Assembly: GCA_964450845.1 (NCBI GenBank)
Contig: CAYVGZ010000048.1
Location: 1-11,453, forward strand
Length of the DNA: 11,453 bases
Direction: 5' to 3'
Source of the DNA: an uncultured Candidatus Bathyarchaeia archaeon
Lineage (GTDB): Archaea; Thermoproteota; Bathyarchaeia; Bathyarchaeales; Bathycorpusculaceae
The position numbers and the translations under genes were made by a program. The notes under the pieces were generated by a model. That model had not been told where the DNA came from. It made no database searches and saw only the letters and a list, made by a program, of their open reading frames with translations. Position 1 is the stretch's first letter. Each line of letters starts with the position of its first letter. This document shows positions 7,864 through 11,453 of the stretch, one piece after another.

Positions 7864-8439
7864 ATGGAGAGCAACAAATTGAAAAAAATCTTGGAAGTCA
7901 GATGGCATGGCAGAGGCGGCCAAGGAGCATGGACAGCAAGCGAATTGTTAGCTAGAGCAGCCATTTACGAGGGAAAATACATTCAATCTTTTCCAGAGTT
8001 TGGCCCAGAAAGAATGGGAGCACCAATAACCGCCTTTACAAGAATAAGCACCGAGCCTATTCAAATACACTGCTCAGTTTATAATCCCGATGTTGTAGCT
8101 GTTTTAGACCCAACATTACTAAAATCAGTTCCATTTACTGATGGGTTAGATGAGAAAGGAACAATTCTGATTAATTCAAAGGACAACCCAGCAGAAATCA
8201 GGAAAATATTCAACACAGGCAAAGGTAAAGTATGGATTGTTCCAGCAACAGAAATTGCCATAAAAATTTTAGGAATGCCCATAACAAACACAGCCATGCT
8301 GGGAGCTGTTGCACGGGCAACTGGAATAGTCAGCTTGGAAAGCGTAGAAAAAGTGGTTGGAGAACGTTTTAGGCGGGACATTGCGGAGAAAAACTTTGCA
8401 GTAATAAAAGAGGCTTATGAGGAGGTAAAATCCGAATGA
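7864..8439 (+). CDS. porC: Pyruvate/2-ketoisovalerate:ferredoxin oxidoreductase gamma subunit
   Basis: EVRWHGRGGQGAWTA, FPEFGPERMGAP, NTAMLGA. TTG 7879 (MKKILEVRW, GGAG 9 nt upstream) is an alternative start. POR versus VOR specificity is not resolvable by eye. Confidence 0.92.
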   Translation: MESNKLKKILEVRWHGRGGQGAWTASELLARAAIYEGKYIQSFPEFGPERMGAPITAFTRISTEPIQIHCSVYNPDVVAVLDPTLLKSVPFTDGLDEKGTILINSKDNPAEIRKIFNTGKGKVWIVPATEIAIKILGMPITNTAMLGAVARATGIVSLESVEKVVGERFRRDIAEKNFAVIKEAYEEVKSE

Positions 8440-8714
8440 CGTCTAAAGAAAAAAGTTGGAAAGAAATTGCACCAGCAGGCGTATGCTGGAAGCCTAGCAC
8501 CGAATTTTTGACTGGAGATTGGAAAACATACAAACCAGTGAGAGATTTGGAGAAATGCACGCGATGTTTGTTGTGTGTGCTTTTTTGTCCAGATGGAGCA
8601 ATACATTGGAACAGTGAAAAGGGAGACATAGAATTTGATTTTAACTTCTGCAAAGGCTGCGGAATATGCGCCAACGAATGCCCAACCAAAGCGATTGAAA
8701 TGAAACTTGAATAG
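8436..8714 (+). CDS. porD: 2-oxoacid:ferredoxin oxidoreductase delta subunit (2x[4Fe-4S] ferredoxin-like)
   Basis: TGDWKTYKP, CTRCLLCVLFCP and CKGCGICANECP; ATGA overlap with the gamma stop; RBS GGAGGT near 8420-8425. Confidence 0.93.
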   Translation: MTSKEKSWKEIAPAGVCWKPSTEFLTGDWKTYKPVRDLEKCTRCLLCVLFCPDGAIHWNSEKGDIEFDFNFCKGCGICANECPTKAIEMKLE

Positions 8715-8727
8715 GAGCGAATAATAA

Positions 8728-9960
8728 ATGAAAAGTGTTGTTAAACAAGAGGTTTTAGCCCTAAACGGAGACGAGGCAGTTGCCCTCGCTGCAAAACAAG
8801 CAGACGTGGATGTGGTGGCAGCCTACCCAGTGACTCCGCAGACAATAATTGTGGAAAAATTCAGCGAATATGTGGCCAACGGCGAAGTTGACACAGAATT
8901 TGTATGCACAGAATCTGAACACAGTGCTATGACCGCTTGCCTAACTGCTTCAGCTATGGGCGCAAGAACATTCACTGCTACGTCAGCTCCAGGCTTAGCC
9001 CTAATGCATGAGATGCTTTTTGTAACTTCTGGATGTCGCGCCCCAGTGATAATGGCAGTCGCCAACAGGGCTCTGTCAGCACCGCTGAACATTCACTGCG
9101 ATCATTCTGACACCATGGCTCAGCGAGACAGTGGGTGGATTCAATTATATGCTGAGAATGCGCAGGAAGCTTACGATTCAATAATTCAGGCTTTCAGAAT
9201 TGCTGAAGATCAAGATGTTTTATTGCCTGTCATGGTTGGTTTGGATGGGTTTACGCTGACGCATACGTTGGAGAATGTTGAGGTGCTTTCGGATGAGGTT
9301 GTTAGGAAGTTTGTTGGAAGTCGTCAAATCCCAAAAGTTGTGACTCATGAAGGAAAAATTGTGCCTTTCAAGCTTGACCCGGCTAATCCGATGTCAATGG
9401 GACCTATTGCTTTGCCGAATTATTATTTTGAATTTAAACGGCAACAAGAAGAAGCTATGGGAAATGCTTTGGAGAAAATTTCGAAAGTGAATGAGGAATT
9501 CGAGGAAATAAGCGGTAGGCGATGTGGGGATGGATTGCTTGAACTTTATCATATTGGAGATGCTGAAATAGCGATTGTATGTTTAGGCTCAACCACTGGA
9601 ACTGTTAAGGCTACCGTGGATGAGCTTAGAGAAGAAGGCGTCAAAGCAGGAGTTCTCAAGGTTCGCACTTTTAGACCTTTACCAGTTGAAGGAATTGTTG
9701 AGGCGCTTAGAAAAATGAAGGCGGTGGCGGTTATGGATAGAAGTATGAGTTTTGGAGGAAACGGTGGACCAGTGTTTCACGAAGTTCGTCATGTGCTTTA
9801 CGATTTGCCTACGCATCCTTACGTAGTAAACTACGTTTATGGTTTGGGAGGAAGAGACACGAGTCAAAGCCAAATTTGCAGAATCTACGAGGACTTGCAG
9901 GAGATGCTGCAAACAAAGCGTGTTGAGAGTCCGATAAATTATGTTGGGTTGAGAGGGTAA
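8728..9960 (+). CDS. porA: Pyruvate/2-ketoisovalerate:ferredoxin oxidoreductase alpha subunit
   Basis: AAYPVTPQT, ESEHSAM, TATSAPGLALMHE, NRALSAPLNIHCDHSD, YGLGGRD; RBS AGGAG at 8713-8717. Confidence 0.93.
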   Translation: MKSVVKQEVLALNGDEAVALAAKQADVDVVAAYPVTPQTIIVEKFSEYVANGEVDTEFVCTESEHSAMTACLTASAMGARTFTATSAPGLALMHEMLFVTSGCRAPVIMAVANRALSAPLNIHCDHSDTMAQRDSGWIQLYAENAQEAYDSIIQAFRIAEDQDVLLPVMVGLDGFTLTHTLENVEVLSDEVVRKFVGSRQIPKVVTHEGKIVPFKLDPANPMSMGPIALPNYYFEFKRQQEEAMGNALEKISKVNEEFEEISGRRCGDGLLELYHIGDAEIAIVCLGSTTGTVKATVDELREEGVKAGVLKVRTFRPLPVEGIVEALRKMKAVAVMDRSMSFGGNGGPVFHEVRHVLYDLPTHPYVVNYVYGLGGRDTSQSQICRIYEDLQEMLQTKRVESPINYVGLRG

Positions 9961-9971
9961 AAGGAGGAAAA

Positions 9972-10961
9972 ATGGGGATGTTTTCTGAATGGAAATTTAC
10001 CGCAAAAGACATCGCTGAAAAACCAGACTTGTTCATGTCGGGGCACAGAGCATGCGCAGGGTGTGCACCAGCAACAGTTTTGAGGCTTATTATGAAAGCT
10101 ACTAGAGGACCAACGATAGTGACGAATGCGACTGGATGCATGGAAGTGGTGTCGTCAATTTATCCGTACACTTCTTGGGCTACGCCGTGGATTCACACGG
10201 CTTTTGAAAATGCTGCTGCAAATGCGTCGGGAATCGAGGCGGCTATAAAAATATTGAAGAAGAAGGGAAAGATGAAGCAGGAGCAGATAGACGTTATTGC
10301 GCTTGCTGGAGATGGGGGCACGTATGATATAGGCATACAAGCGCTTTCTGGAGCAGTGGAAAGGGGACATGATTTTCTGTTTGTGCTTTATGATAATGAG
10401 GCTTACATGAACACGGGCATTCAACGCAGCGGTGGAACGCCGTTAGGTGCGTCTACAACTACTTCGCCTGCTGGCACAGTCGTTCCTGGGAAGTTGGAGA
10501 ACAAGAAGCCTATTGCTGATATTATGGTGGCGCATGAAATGCCCTATGTGGCTACAGCATCGCCCTATTACTGGCGAGACCTGCTTGTAAAAGTTAGAAG
10601 GGGAATTGAAGTTAATGGTCCAGCGTTTTTGCATGTGTTTGCGCCGTGTCCGAGGGGGTGGAGAAGTGATCCAGCCAAGTCTATTGAGCTTTCGCGTTTG
10701 GCTGTGGAGACGTGTGTGTTCCCGCTTTGGGAAGCCGTAAATGGCGAATATCGGCTTTCAGCACCAAGCAAAGTCGTAGCTTTAGCGCCGCAAAAGAAGA
10801 AGCCATTGAAGGAGTATTTGCAGGTGCAGGGACGATTTAGGCATTTGTTCACGCCGAAATACGAGAAAATGCTAGGCGAAATACAGCGGATGACAGATGA
10901 GAGATGGGATAAGCTGCTTAAGAAATGTGGAGTGACGCAGCCAGCGAAAGCAACAGTTTAG
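9972..10961 (+). CDS. porB: Pyruvate/2-ketoisovalerate:ferredoxin oxidoreductase beta subunit (TPP-binding)
   Basis: GHRACAGC, TGCMEV, GDGGTYDIG...YDNEAYMNTGIQRS TPP motif, PCPRGW; RBS AGGAGG at 9962-9967. Confidence 0.93.
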   Translation: MGMFSEWKFTAKDIAEKPDLFMSGHRACAGCAPATVLRLIMKATRGPTIVTNATGCMEVVSSIYPYTSWATPWIHTAFENAAANASGIEAAIKILKKKGKMKQEQIDVIALAGDGGTYDIGIQALSGAVERGHDFLFVLYDNEAYMNTGIQRSGGTPLGASTTTSPAGTVVPGKLENKKPIADIMVAHEMPYVATASPYYWRDLLVKVRRGIEVNGPAFLHVFAPCPRGWRSDPAKSIELSRLAVETCVFPLWEAVNGEYRLSAPSKVVALAPQKKKPLKEYLQVQGRFRHLFTPKYEKMLGEIQRMTDERWDKLLKKCGVTQPAKATV

Positions 10962-10970
10962 ATTCTCAAC

Positions 10971-10981
10971 TTTTATCTTTT
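10971..10981 (+). terminator. Candidate oligo-T terminator of the oxidoreductase operon
   Basis: TTTTATCTTTT starting 10 nt after the porB stop; archaeal terminators are typically T-rich tracts. Confidence 0.4.
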
Positions 10982-11017
10982 CAGCTTATCCTATATTGTC
11001 TGTTTAGAGGCTTTACT

Positions 11018-11453
11018 ATGGAAGTTGTTTCGGTTGCTGATGGCTACGAGCAGATGTTCTTGAATTATGTGAATCGTGACAGGATAAATTTCTATTTTTT
11101 TATATTTGATTGGACTCAACGTAGGGAGCAGACGAAGATATTCTTGGCAGTCGAAGGAAAGGAAGTGTTGGGTTCATTGTTAGTTTTTGCTGATTATATT
11201 GTCCAGTTTAGAGGTAGCCGAGAGGCTGTGCAGAAGTTGCTTGTGTATGCTGATTTTGAGAAGGTTGAGTTGCAGGCGCCGCTTGACTGCGAGGACATTG
11301 TTTGTCGGAAATATAGGCCCCGCATCAGGCAGGACATGGTGCTGATGCGCTTGAATCGGGGAGAGGAGCATGTTCGCTTAACTGAAACTCCTGCAAGACT
11401 TAATGTTGAAGATGCTGAGGAGGTTGCGGCTCTGATGAGACGATGTGACCCTG
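11018..11453 (+). CDS. Probable GNAT-family N-acetyltransferase, 3'-truncated by the window edge
   Basis: My translation from ATG 11018 (GAGG RBS at 11007-11010) has 145 codons without a stop: MEVVSVADGYEQMFLNYVNRDRINFYFFIFDW...DMVLMRLNRGEEHVRLTETPARLNVEDAEEVAALMRRCDP. This resembles the N-terminal region and start of the catalytic domain of two-domain GNATs; the acetyl-CoA motif A is not in the window. Confidence 0.6.
   Translation, partial: MEVVSVADGYEQMFLNYVNRDRINFYFFIFDWTQRREQTKIFLAVEGKEVLGSLLVFADYIVQFRGSREAVQKLLVYADFEKVELQAPLDCEDIVCRKYRPRIRQDMVLMRLNRGEEHVRLTETPARLNVEDAEEVAALMRRCDP

Noticed and set aside
7655-7864. 69-aa minus-strand ORF spanning the radical SAM/por spacer
   Set aside because: It overlaps the radical SAM start in another frame, covers an AT-rich promoter region and has no recognisable motif.

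Overview
An archaeal chromosomal window (archaeal tRNAs with a BHB intron, TATA/BRE-like promoters, GGTGA/GGAGG RBS; Bathyarchaeia is a guess from protein style and cannot be confirmed here). In order it holds: tRNA-Pro(CGG) (-); a 729-aa winged-HTH + ATP-cone + class III ribonucleotide reductase (NrdD)-like fusion (+); pyrB (-) and pyrI (+) transcribed divergently; a 105-aa membrane-anchored Cys/His protein (+); two cobalamin-binding-type radical SAM genes (-) flanking a tRNA-Asn(GTT) with a 28-nt T-loop intron at 59/60; a 2-oxoacid:ferredoxin oxidoreductase gamma-delta-alpha-beta operon (+); and the 5' part of a probable GNAT acetyltransferase missed by the ORF track. The standout is the NrdD-like protein. 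It keeps the fold landmarks, ATP-cone and Zn ribbon, but lacks the glycyl-radical motif (RxxGY reads RFALT-stop) and both active-site cysteines, and it has an N-terminal DNA-binding-type domain. It looks like an RNR pseudoenzyme repurposed as a nucleotide-sensing transcription regulator, sitting next to pyrB/pyrI. All alignments were done by eye from remembered family consensus; no searches were run.
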